Assembly: GCA_900540385.1 (NCBI GenBank)
Contig: UQFY01000002.1
Coordinates: 73,274 to 137,273, forward strand
From: an uncultured Mollicutes bacterium
GTDB taxonomy: Bacteria > Bacillota_I > Bacilli_A > RFN20 > CAG-826
DNA length: 64,000 bases
Direction: 5' to 3'
In this document: in pieces, positions 8,734 through 17,464 of the stretch
Numbering within the stretch: the first letter of the stretch is position 1
Layout: every line of letters starts with the position of its first letter
Position numbers and translations under genes: made by a program
Notes under the pieces: model-generated
Database searches by the model: none
What the model saw: only the letters and a program-made list of their open reading frames with translations
What the model was told of the DNA's origin: nothing

Positions 8734-10155
8734 TTATTTCTCTTCTGCTTTTTTAGCAGGAGCCTTCTTGGCTGTTGCAGTTTTCTTTGCAGGAGCCTTC
8801 TTAGGAGCTGCTTCTTTTTCTTCGGCTTTTGGAGCTTCTTCCTTTAATTCGGTCGCCCCTTCTTTTTTGGCAGCGCTATTCATGATGAACTCACGAACTT
8901 TACGATCGGTGATTTGGCCGCGGAAATCTTCTAAGTTCTTGTTGATGATGTTTCTCACATCTTCTTCTTTCATCTTATATTGCTCAGCCATCTTTTTGAT
9001 TTCGGCATCGACATCTGCATCAGTAGCGGTCAAATTTTCTTTGACTCCGATTTCGTGAAGAACTAAGAAATTCTTGATGTTATTTTCGGCATTAACGTGA
9101 TAGGTCTTGTGAAGATCTTCCGCTTTAGCACCGGTGATTTCTAAGTATTGTTCAAAGGTTAAACCATTGGATTCAATCTGTTTTTTGAGATTTTCTTCCA
9201 TTTGGTGAGCTTCGTTTTCGATTACGGCTGGATCAATCACAAAGGTAGAATTCTTGATGATTTCACCAACGAGTTCATTATAGAAAGCATTCTCGGATTC
9301 TTGGACTTTTTGAGCAAGAAGGGTCTTCTTCTCATAATCTTTTAAGCCATCAACGGTGGCAACGTCTTTAATGGCAAGATCCTTAACGGCTTCATCATTA
9401 AGTTCAGGGATTTGTTTTTCCTTGACTTCGTGCATGGTGATTTTGAAGGTTGCTTCTTTGCCAGCGAGTTCTTTGACATAGTTTTCCGGGAAGGTGACTT
9501 TGATTTCTTTCTTATCACCATCTTTCATGCCAACGAGTTGTTCTTCGAAGCCTGGGATGAATTGGTGGGAACCAAGTTCAAGGCTGTAGTTATTGGCTTG
9601 TCCGCCATCGAATGGAGAAAGTTTGCCGTTTTCATCAGCAAGATATCCATCGAAATCGATGAGGGTGGTGTCACCCGTTTGAGCAGGACGTTCGGTAACG
9701 ACTAATTCAGCATTGTCCTTTAAAAGGTTATCAATGGCTTTGTTCACTTCTTCATCGGTAACTTTTGGAGCGACCTTGACGGCCTTTAAGCCTTTATATT
9801 CACCAAGAGTGACTTCTGGGAGAAGAACGATGGTGTAAACCAATTCCAATTCGTCTTTGGAAAGTTTGGTAACGTTCACTTGTGGACGATACATTGGTTG
9901 AAGTTTTTCTTCGGTGATTAAGTTTGCGAAGACTGGTGTCAAGACATCATCAATAGCTTCATTCCAAACGGCTTCTTGGTTGATTCTTTCTTCAATGAGC
10001 TTACGTGGGGCTTTTCCTGGGCGGAAGCCTGGGACGTTCACTTTGCTCGCGGTCTTTTTGAATGCTTTTTCTTGAGCATTTGCCCAAAGTTCTTTGTCGA
10101 CGTCAGCGACTAATTTGACGCGGCTTGGGCTGATTTTTTCAACTGTGTGTTTCAT
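8734..10155 (-). CDS. tig: trigger factor with a Lys/Ala/Pro-rich C-terminal tail
   Basis: 473 aa with N-terminal ribosome-binding GFRPGKAP motif, FKBP domain and C-domain. An extra ~45-aa tail reads ...APKKAPAKKTATAKKAPAKKAEEK. Confidence 0.96.
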   Translation of the reverse strand: MKHTVEKISPSRVKLVADVDKELWANAQEKAFKKTASKVNVPGFRPGKAPRKLIEERINQEAVWNEAIDDVLTPVFANLITEEKLQPMYRPQVNVTKLSKDELELVYTIVLLPEVTLGEYKGLKAVKVAPKVTDEEVNKAIDNLLKDNAELVVTERPAQTGDTTLIDFDGYLADENGKLSPFDGGQANNYSLELGSHQFIPGFEEQLVGMKDGDKKEIKVTFPENYVKELAGKEATFKITMHEVKEKQIPELNDEAVKDLAIKDVATVDGLKDYEKKTLLAQKVQESENAFYNELVGEIIKNSTFVIDPAVIENEAHQMEENLKKQIESNGLTFEQYLEITGAKAEDLHKTYHVNAENNIKNFLVLHEIGVKENLTATDADVDAEIKKMAEQYKMKEEDVRNIINKNLEDFRGQITDRKVREFIMNSAAKKEGATELKEEAPKAEEKEAAPKKAPAKKTATAKKAPAKKAEEK

Positions 10156-10262
10156 GTAATTGAATACCTCAATCTATTTTGCTAATCGCAACGTGCTCTA
10201 GTTTACCCTATCTTTAGATACTTTCCAAACGAAAAACGCTAAAAAGGTGAAAAAGTAATGTT

Positions 10263-11201
10263 TTAGACTTTCATCTGTTCCGCTTTTTTGAGCACGGAGG
10301 AGATGTCTTCCTTCACTAATTCCACTTTCTCTTTTTGGAGAAAATTGTCTTTTAAAAACGTTTCTTCATCAAAGGCGGATTGAAGATATTCGTATGATAA
10401 AATGACGAAACACGCAAAGAGATTTTCCAAAGAATATTTATCAAATATGGAAAGAGGATATAACTCAAACATATAGTTGTTTAGCAAGGTTGTTGCAATA
10501 TGGAACAAAGAGGGATCTTTCATTTCTTTTTGTAACATGCTAACTAATGTTTTTGCCTTTTCTTCTTCAAATGGCAAAAGAGTTTTGCAAGGAATCATAT
10601 GGAAACTTTCTCCGTTTTTCTCGAAAGATACTTCCAAGGGATAATTTGCTTTCACTAGCAACATAAAGCCGTATGTTTTGACGATATTTGATGTAGACGT
10701 TTTTAACATTTCTAACAAGCTATCCGCATAAAAAATCGTCTTCGCGTCATTGAAAGAAGATAACAAGGACATTGCTTCATAAGTGTCTTTTGGATGTAAA
10801 AGAGTTTCTCTAACATCTTCTTCGGAATAATTTTTCTTTAAGGAAGACTGTCTTTCGTTATAACGGATCCTTTGGGGCAAAGAACGTAGATATTCCTCCA
10901 CTTCTTGAGAAACGTAAGGCAAGGAAGAAAAATATTTTTCATCTTCATAGGCTTCATCGAATTCTTCGAGAAGAAAACGTAACTCAAAATTAGCTTTCAA
11001 ACATTTTAAGGGAGAGTCTTGCCAAAGAATTTCTTTGTTCTTTTCAACGATTTCCATGGCTTCTTTCGGCTTTCCTAAGCCTAAATAAGCGGAAACTCTA
11101 CAAAAGAGTGAGGAGGAATCTTTGCTTCCTTCACTTAAATCCAAGACTAATTGATATTCTTTTCTATCAAGTAACGTTACTAAATTATCCATAGTGAACA
11201 T
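10263..11201 (-). CDS. hypothetical protein (TPR-like helical N-terminus)
   Basis: 312 aa from ATG 11201 (MFTMDNLVTLL...), with GAAAGG 5 nt upstream. Helical-repeat-like composition. No motif I can name. Confidence 0.55.
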   Translation of the reverse strand: MFTMDNLVTLLDRKEYQLVLDLSEGSKDSSSLFCRVSAYLGLGKPKEAMEIVEKNKEILWQDSPLKCLKANFELRFLLEEFDEAYEDEKYFSSLPYVSQEVEEYLRSLPQRIRYNERQSSLKKNYSEEDVRETLLHPKDTYEAMSLLSSFNDAKTIFYADSLLEMLKTSTSNIVKTYGFMLLVKANYPLEVSFEKNGESFHMIPCKTLLPFEEEKAKTLVSMLQKEMKDPSLFHIATTLLNNYMFELYPLSIFDKYSLENLFACFVILSYEYLQSAFDEETFLKDNFLQKEKVELVKEDISSVLKKAEQMKV

Positions 11202-11262
11202 TTTAACCTTTCTAAAGAAAGGGAAAAAGACAAACGAAGGCAAAACGTTTAAAATACTTTCG

Positions 11263-12006
11263 ATGAAAAAAAGCGTCTTTCTCTTATTTCCTTTGCTGAT
11301 GCCTCTCTCTTCTTGTCAAAAAGAAGAAAAAGAAACGACCTATGATGAGGCTTTAAGCATGCTTAAGAAAATCGATAGAGAGATTAACTATACCCCTCTT
11401 ACGAATATTCCAAAGAGCTACACTTTAAAAGAAACCCTTTCTTCCTATCAAGATGAAGACAAGCTGATTCAAGATGTAACCATCGATCGTGAAATTGATC
11501 AAAATAGCCATTATTCTTTCGTTAGAATCAAAGGAAAATACGGCGCTAAGCTTTATTTCCGTGAGAATTGGACCTATGTTAGCCAAGATAAGAACGTAAC
11601 TTGCAATTATTTAAATTATGAGGAAGATGGCAAACTCATTAACAAACGTTATCGCGAAGAAACGAAACGAAATCTGAAAAGCTGGGAAAACTTTGCTTCG
11701 AAAGATATCGAGGAGATGCAACGTCTTTATGCTCAAATGGCAAAAGAATTCTATGTTTCGATTGCCTCGATGAATGAAAAAATCACCTCGGGAGAATATT
11801 ATTCAGATTCGGTAGGTTCTTTGAAAGTTTCCGTGAGCAATGAAAAAGAACGCTATTCTTGCGAATTTCAAAACTATTGGTTTGCAAACGGATATAGCGA
11901 AAATAAAGAAAAAGAGACGTTTTATGGTGCAAGCGTCTCTTGGAATCGTTGTGATATTTCTATGCCTAATTTGGATTTCTATCCTCTTTCGAAGAAGATT
12001 TCCTGA
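11263..12006 (+). CDS. lipoprotein, unknown function
   Basis: MKKSVFLLFPLLMPLSSC has a signal peptide plus lipobox L-S-S-C. The start is reassigned from the track ORF (11194) to ATG 11263. Confidence 0.75.
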   Translation: MKKSVFLLFPLLMPLSSCQKEEKETTYDEALSMLKKIDREINYTPLTNIPKSYTLKETLSSYQDEDKLIQDVTIDREIDQNSHYSFVRIKGKYGAKLYFRENWTYVSQDKNVTCNYLNYEEDGKLINKRYREETKRNLKSWENFASKDIEEMQRLYAQMAKEFYVSIASMNEKITSGEYYSDSVGSLKVSVSNEKERYSCEFQNYWFANGYSENKEKETFYGASVSWNRCDISMPNLDFYPLSKKIS

Positions 12007-12638
12007 ACCAAGCTAGGCAAAGAAGAGAAATCTTTCATCTCTTTGTCTGGATTTTTTGCTTTTCCAAAGCCATATCCTGCATGGATGAAATAGAAAGATG
12101 CTTTTCTCGAGGATAACTCATCTCCTAAAGTATCTCCAACGTAGATACATTCCTCAAGATAATTACGTTCTTGAAGAGCTTTCATCGTGACTTCTTTTGG
12201 AGCAAAGGTATCTCCCCAGCAAAGATAATCATCAAAGCAAGAAGAAAGGGAAGTTCCTTGAAGGAAAGCCTCGATGTATCCTTTTTGAGCGTTGCTGACA
12301 ATATATAAAGGATATAGGGAATGGAGCTTCTCTAATGTTTCTTTCACATGGGGATATAACTTTCCCGGATGAGAAAGAAGATAGATATTCTCTTTTTCCA
12401 TGCATTCGTTCAACAAAGGAAGGATTTCTTCCTCCGCCAAAGAAGGCCAAAGTTTCTTCCCAAGTTCTAGCATAGGAAGGCCCATTGCCCCCTTCATTTG
12501 TTCCAAAGTGATAAGATAACGGCCTTTTTGGTAATTGTTTAAAACCTCATTCCAAGAAGAAACCACTTCTTGAGAAGAATCCCACAAGGTGCCGTCTAAA
12601 TCAAAGACAATCCCTCGTTTCATTTTATTTTTTTCCAT
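11979..12638 (-). CDS. HAD-superfamily hydrolase (phosphatase)
   Basis: Motif I is FDLDGTLWDS; motif IV is VGDTLGDE. The start is either ATG 12638 or ATG 12623 (MKRGIVFDLDG). The 3' end overlaps the convergent lipoprotein gene by 28 nt. Confidence 0.85.
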   Translation of the reverse strand: MEKNKMKRGIVFDLDGTLWDSSQEVVSSWNEVLNNYQKGRYLITLEQMKGAMGLPMLELGKKLWPSLAEEEILPLLNECMEKENIYLLSHPGKLYPHVKETLEKLHSLYPLYIVSNAQKGYIEAFLQGTSLSSCFDDYLCWGDTFAPKEVTMKALQERNYLEECIYVGDTLGDELSSRKASFYFIHAGYGFGKAKNPDKEMKDFSSLPSLVQEIFFERG

Positions 12639-13950
12639 TTCTGTCAGAAGAGTTGCTTATCTTAACACGAGTTCTCGTGGTATAAAGGTAGGCATCTTTC
12701 CTTTTATATACGTCCATGCTTCCTTGACGATAATAAGTTTTCGCGCCTTTTTGAAGTTTGACCGGTTTTAAGGCTCTACGATGATATTCGCAGAAAATAA
12801 GTCCTGGTATCCAGCCAAAGAAAAAGGAAGCAAAGATAATAAGCGTCCAATTCGTGACTACTGCTCCATCCGAAACGGCGAATAGATACATCAAAAGGCC
12901 AATAACAGCAGCCGTAAGCACATAGAAAAGCGCGAAGAAAGTGGCATATTTCCCTGCTGAGCAAGGCAAATTTCCAACAATCTTTCCCGTTTGAGCATTC
13001 ATACTAAAGGTGAACTTTTTATCTTTCCACTTGGAATTTAAAATCCAAACAGGGAACAAAACATAACGCGCTTCAGCATTCTCAAGATTTAAAGAAGTAG
13101 AATCCACCCGAACACTCGTATATGTGTTGATGGTTTCACGGAATTTATCCGCCGTGCCTTCACGGAATCTTTGATTGGCTCTTATTGCGCAATCATCTTT
13201 GGAAACATCGTATTTATCGGATAAATAACCAGCTAAATAAACTGGGGTGAATTCTTTCATTCCTTCATAATCAAAAGGCTCGATTGATTCCATGAGCTCA
13301 TCTGGCATTGATTGAGAAGCATCGACTGGAACATGATCAAATCCAGCTTTCCCATCGATCATAATGCGATAATGAGAGACTTCGGTGACTTGATAATCAC
13401 CAGAGACATAACTACGAGAACGTTCTGCGTTAAAGAAGACCTTTCCCACGACGTCGGCGTTATAAATCCAAAATGGTTCGTATATGCCTTTTACGTTTTC
13501 GATTTTGTTTTCGCTCCTAAAAATCTTTGGCAAGAAGAATTTGCTCTTCAAGTAACGGCTCATTATCTCTTTTGTTGAGGCTTTGTCGTATTTAAAAGGT
13601 ATGACGAGGTCTGGTTTTAAAGCGCCGCAAAGTCTTCCTTTCAAAATGACAGGAGATTCACAGAATGGGCACGTTGTTGCTGAAACGTTTTCGTCTCCAA
13701 CAATTTCGGCTCCGCAAGAATCGCAATGGTAAACATTCATCGAAGAGGCTTCTTCGGAAGAAAATTCACTCGTTACGGTTTTCCAGTTTAATTCATCCCC
13801 TTTTGCGTTCTCTAAATCTTCCTTAAAGGAGTCGATTGCTTCGGCATCAAATTCCGTTTTGCATTGAGGGCAAACGACCTTTTGAGTTGAAGAATCGAAC
13901 TTTAAAGAACCCCCGCAATTGGGGCACTTATACTCAATGACGTTAGACAT
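12625..13950 (-). CDS. double zinc-ribbon protein with C-terminal transmembrane helices (YdjG/YdjH-like partner of the upstream SPFH protein)
   Basis: 441 aa. It has CPNCG...CPQC and CDSCG...CPFC ribbons, a central soluble domain, and 2-3 TM helices near the C-terminus. The ATG lies 3 nt after the stop of the SPFH gene, with no SD. Confidence 0.75.
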   Translation of the reverse strand: MSNVIEYKCPNCGGSLKFDSSTQKVVCPQCKTEFDAEAIDSFKEDLENAKGDELNWKTVTSEFSSEEASSMNVYHCDSCGAEIVGDENVSATTCPFCESPVILKGRLCGALKPDLVIPFKYDKASTKEIMSRYLKSKFFLPKIFRSENKIENVKGIYEPFWIYNADVVGKVFFNAERSRSYVSGDYQVTEVSHYRIMIDGKAGFDHVPVDASQSMPDELMESIEPFDYEGMKEFTPVYLAGYLSDKYDVSKDDCAIRANQRFREGTADKFRETINTYTSVRVDSTSLNLENAEARYVLFPVWILNSKWKDKKFTFSMNAQTGKIVGNLPCSAGKYATFFALFYVLTAAVIGLLMYLFAVSDGAVVTNWTLIIFASFFFGWIPGLIFCEYHRRALKPVKLQKGAKTYYRQGSMDVYKRKDAYLYTTRTRVKISNSSDRNGKK

Positions 13951-13953
13951 AAA

Positions 13954-15279
13954 CTAGTGCTTATCGTTATCGTCGAATGGATCGCCACAATTAGGACAGA
14001 ACTTAGGCGGATTCTTTGGATCTTTTGGTTCCCATCCACATTTATCGCAACGATAAAGCGGGGCGCCCTCTGGTTTCTTTTCTCCACATTCAGTGCAGAA
14101 TTTTCCTTTATTCACCGTTCCGCATTTTGGACATGCCCAGCCGTCTGCCGGTTTCTTTTCACCACATTCTGGGCAGAATTTTCCAGTGACTTCATGACCG
14201 CATTTTGGGCAAGTCCAAGTGTCTTTTGTTGTTTCTTTTTTGGTTTCTTCTTTTTTCGCTTCTTCTTGAGCGGCTTTTTCATAGAAAGTAGCGGCATTTG
14301 TATTATTTCCAGCACCCATAGCCATATTCATTCCAAAGAAACCCATGGCAGCTCCATTAGGATTATTAGCGGCATTCTTCATGGCTTCGGCTTGAGCTTC
14401 CACTAAAGTCGCACCTGCCATACCGGCATTCTTGTAAACGGCTTGACGTTGGAGGTTTTTGATTAAATCTTCGTCTTCCTTTGGCAAGGTCAAGCTTGAT
14501 AAGGCGATCGAGACCACTTCTAAGCCACGTGTGTCTCTCCATTTCTCAGAAAGGGCTTCGTTCATGGCGTTTTCTAAATCCGTGACATGGGCCACAATTT
14601 CGTTTGGTCTCATTTCTTTGGCGGAAAGTTTTCCGAAGGCAGGTTGAAGAGCGGAAACGAATTCGTTCTTTAATTGACCATCAAGTTCTTCGGTCGTGTA
14701 AGTATCGGTAACATTGCCACAAACGTTTTGATAGAAAAGGATTGGGTTTGTGATTTTATAAGAGAACGTGCCAAAACAACGTAAGGAAACGTCAATATCA
14801 AGGCCGATTTTGCTATCAACAACACGGAATGGGACAGGGTTAGCAGTTCCAAATTTGTTATCTAAGATTTCCTTGAGATTGAAATAGTAGACTCTTTGGT
14901 CTTTTCCAGAGTCTCCGCCATAGCCGATTCTTTCCCACATCGTGCGGAACATACCGGCAACGCCTTTCCAAAGGTTTCCAGTGAAAACGCTTGGTTCGGA
15001 GCCTTTATCATAGGTATATTCGCCTGGTTCGGAGCAAATATCCATGATTTTGCCTTGTTCGACGATAATCATACATTGTCCGTCTGCAACCGCAATTCCC
15101 GAACCGTTAGAAATGATGTTGTCATTTCCTCTATGGTTAGAGCCAAATCTTTTGGTGACTTTCTTTTCACCTTTGGTCATTAAGACCGTTTTATCTAAGG
15201 ATTCGCAATAGAAAAACTCTTTCCATTGATCCCCGAAAGTTCCGCGAATGGAACCGCCTACAGCACGAATTAATCCCAT
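13954..15279 (-). CDS. SPFH/band-7-like protein of the YdjI ('virion core protein-like') type with three C-terminal zinc ribbons
   Basis: 441 aa. The N-terminus is MGLIRAVGGSIRGTFGDQWKEFF... The C-terminus has WTCPKCGHEVTGKFCPECGEKKPADG / WACPKCGTVNKGKFCTECGEKKPEGA (a tandem 26-aa duplication, 14217..14062) plus CDKCG...CPNCG. SD TAGGAGG. Confidence 0.75.
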   Translation of the reverse strand: MGLIRAVGGSIRGTFGDQWKEFFYCESLDKTVLMTKGEKKVTKRFGSNHRGNDNIISNGSGIAVADGQCMIIVEQGKIMDICSEPGEYTYDKGSEPSVFTGNLWKGVAGMFRTMWERIGYGGDSGKDQRVYYFNLKEILDNKFGTANPVPFRVVDSKIGLDIDVSLRCFGTFSYKITNPILFYQNVCGNVTDTYTTEELDGQLKNEFVSALQPAFGKLSAKEMRPNEIVAHVTDLENAMNEALSEKWRDTRGLEVVSIALSSLTLPKEDEDLIKNLQRQAVYKNAGMAGATLVEAQAEAMKNAANNPNGAAMGFFGMNMAMGAGNNTNAATFYEKAAQEEAKKEETKKETTKDTWTCPKCGHEVTGKFCPECGEKKPADGWACPKCGTVNKGKFCTECGEKKPEGAPLYRCDKCGWEPKDPKNPPKFCPNCGDPFDDNDKH

Positions 15280-15529
15280 GGTATTTCCTCCTATTAAATC
15301 GTTTGAAAAATTATAACAAGAACTTCCTTAATCAAGAAAGAAAAACCGATAATTTGTTACGAAATATGTATAGATAAGAAAATAGTCGACATTTTTTAGG
15401 AATGCCTATCCAAAGACGCCATTATTTACAATATATAAAAACAAAGCCATATTTTAAGCGTTAATGGTTATTAAAAATCCGACATTCCCTTCTTTTTTTG
15501 GAAGATTTCTATTAGCAAAAACCTCTAAA

Positions 15530-15564
15530 GAAAGAAAAAAGTTCAATGCATTATGGCATCGAAC
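15530..15564 (-). terminator. intrinsic terminator downstream of tRNA-Arg
   Basis: Minus strand: imperfect hairpin GTTCGATGC-CATAA-TGCATTGAAC followed by TTTTTTCTTTC. Confidence 0.55.
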
Positions 15565-15576
15565 TCATTTTCGTTT

Positions 15577-15653
15577 TGGCGCGCCCGAACCGACTCGAAC
15601 GGTTGACCCACAGCTTAGAAGGCTGTTGCTCTATCCAGCTGAGCTACGGGCGC
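15577..15653 (-). tRNA. tRNA-Arg (anticodon UCU), CCA encoded
   Basis: Minus strand: GCGCCCG-TA-GCTC-AGCTGGATA-GAGC-A-ACAGC-CTTCTAA-GCTGT-GGGTC-AACCG-TTCGAGT-CGGTT-CGGGCGC-G-CCA. All four stems pair and the anticodon loop is CU-UCU-AA. Confidence 0.95.
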
Positions 15654-15696
15654 AGCGCTTTAATAATATAAGACTCTTTTAAATATGAAACAAGGA

Positions 15697-17463
15697 TTAA
15701 AGCGAGCGAATTTTCTTATAGAGGGTCAAAGCCACCTCTTCTGGAAGAATTTGGCGAAGTTCTTCCACGGAAGCGTTTTTAAGCGCATCGATTGTTGGAT
15801 AGTTTTTTCGAAGGACTTCTTTGCGTTTCTCTCCGATTCCTTTAACATCATCAAAAAGAGAAGAATGCATGTTCTTTAAACGTTCCGCTTTATGGAAAGA
15901 TATCGCAAAACGATGAACTTCATCTTGCATTCTCATGAGTAAGAAAAACAAAGGAGATTTATTATCTAGAGGATAAATTACCCCGTCATTATCAATGATT
16001 CCTTCGGTTTGATGCTTATCATTTTTATATAAGCCATACACAGGGATAGAAACCTCGATGGAAGCAAGCGCCTCTAGGGTCGCATGAACTTGAGGAAGGC
16101 CACCATCCGTGAGAATACAATCTGGATAAGAGAGTTTTTCTTCTTTAAGACGGCGGTAACGGCGAGAGACAACCTCGATCATAGAATGATAATCATCCCC
16201 TGCATCTTCTTTTTCGAGATGGAACTTGCGGTACATCGATTTCATCGGTTCGCCATTCACATAACAAACCATCGCACCAACAGGATTGGACCCCTGAAGG
16301 TGAGAATTATCAAATAATTCGATGCGATAAGGCGTTGGGATATTTAGAAGTTTGCCCAATTCTTCTAATAAAGCGTTATTATCATCGTTTAAACGTGCGG
16401 ACATGAAATGACGGTCCAACCCCTCTTTGGCATTTAAAGAAGCAAGGTCGATTTGTTCCAAAAGACGTCCTTCTTTCGGGGAAACAAGCCTTGCTTCAGG
16501 ATAAACGGAAAGGAATTCTTCAGAGGCGTTAGGGATATTACAAAGGATTTCTTTAGGAAAATCGTGTTTTTGATAATATTCTTCCATTAATTCAACAGCT
16601 TGGTTTGCACCTCCTTCAAAAGAAGGCACGACCATGACTTTTTTCCCTAAAAGAAGACCATTTCGATAGGTTAAGACGCTTAAAGAGATATAAGAATCCC
16701 TTTCGGAATAGGCAAAAACATCGCGGTCCGTGCGGTCACTAGAAAGCTCTACGCTTTGTTTGGCTGTGATGCGTTTGATAGCATCGATAATTTCTTTGTC
16801 ATTTTGGGCATCTTCAAAACGAAGTTCCTCGGAGGCTCTTTTCATCTTTTCGGTGTATTCTTTAATGACATCTTGGGTGTTCCCATCCAAAAAAGATTTG
16901 ATTTTATCGTATAAATCCTGATACGTTTCCGAAGAGATTTCATTCACGCAAGGAGCAAGACATTGCCCCAAATGACAATAAAGGCAAGGTTTTTTCCCTA
17001 AGGTTTTGCATTTTCTCGTCGGATAGATACGATTTAGCAAATCCATGATTTTAAATGCGTCTTTAGCGTTCGGAAAAGGGCCAAAATAGAAATATTTCTT
17101 ATCATTTGCTCGTCTAGCAATCTTTAAAAAGGCATCTTCCCTACGTATCGCAATATAAGGATAATGGGAATCGTCCATCATCATGATGTTGTAACGTGGG
17201 TAATGGGTTTGGATGAGGTTCATTTCAAGGATAAATGCTTCTTTGTCCGTATGAACAATGATGAAATCAAAATGGTCGACATGACTAACCATAGCCGCGA
17301 CCTTGCCTGTTTGAGGGCGAAGAAAATATTGGGAAACCCTGTTTTTGAGATTTTTTGCCTTCCCGATATAAATGATTTTGTCGTTCTCGTCTTTCATTTG
17401 ATAAACACCAGGTTTATCGGGCAAAAGAGAGATCAAACGTTTTAATTTTTCTGTCAAAGCCAT
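15697..17463 (-). CDS. uvrC: excinuclease ABC subunit C
   Basis: 588 aa with GIY-YIG (GVYQMKD...IYIGKAKNL), UvrBC domain and C-terminal HhH. Confidence 0.97.
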   Translation of the reverse strand: MALTEKLKRLISLLPDKPGVYQMKDENDKIIYIGKAKNLKNRVSQYFLRPQTGKVAAMVSHVDHFDFIIVHTDKEAFILEMNLIQTHYPRYNIMMMDDSHYPYIAIRREDAFLKIARRANDKKYFYFGPFPNAKDAFKIMDLLNRIYPTRKCKTLGKKPCLYCHLGQCLAPCVNEISSETYQDLYDKIKSFLDGNTQDVIKEYTEKMKRASEELRFEDAQNDKEIIDAIKRITAKQSVELSSDRTDRDVFAYSERDSYISLSVLTYRNGLLLGKKVMVVPSFEGGANQAVELMEEYYQKHDFPKEILCNIPNASEEFLSVYPEARLVSPKEGRLLEQIDLASLNAKEGLDRHFMSARLNDDNNALLEELGKLLNIPTPYRIELFDNSHLQGSNPVGAMVCYVNGEPMKSMYRKFHLEKEDAGDDYHSMIEVVSRRYRRLKEEKLSYPDCILTDGGLPQVHATLEALASIEVSIPVYGLYKNDKHQTEGIIDNDGVIYPLDNKSPLFFLLMRMQDEVHRFAISFHKAERLKNMHSSLFDDVKGIGEKRKEVLRKNYPTIDALKNASVEELRQILPEEVALTLYKKIRSL

Positions 17464-17464
17464 C

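Noticed and set aside
13957-14406. Long antisense ORFs: 13957..14406 (+), 8663..9058 (+), 37480..37899 (+), 51531..51986 (-), 52011..52490 (-), 35930..36271 (+2 frame).
   Set aside because: Each lies opposite to, or out of frame with, a much longer gene that has clear homology or structure. Their low-complexity F/L/S-rich or K-rich composition is typical of shadow ORFs over Lys/Glu-rich coding DNA. None has an SD.
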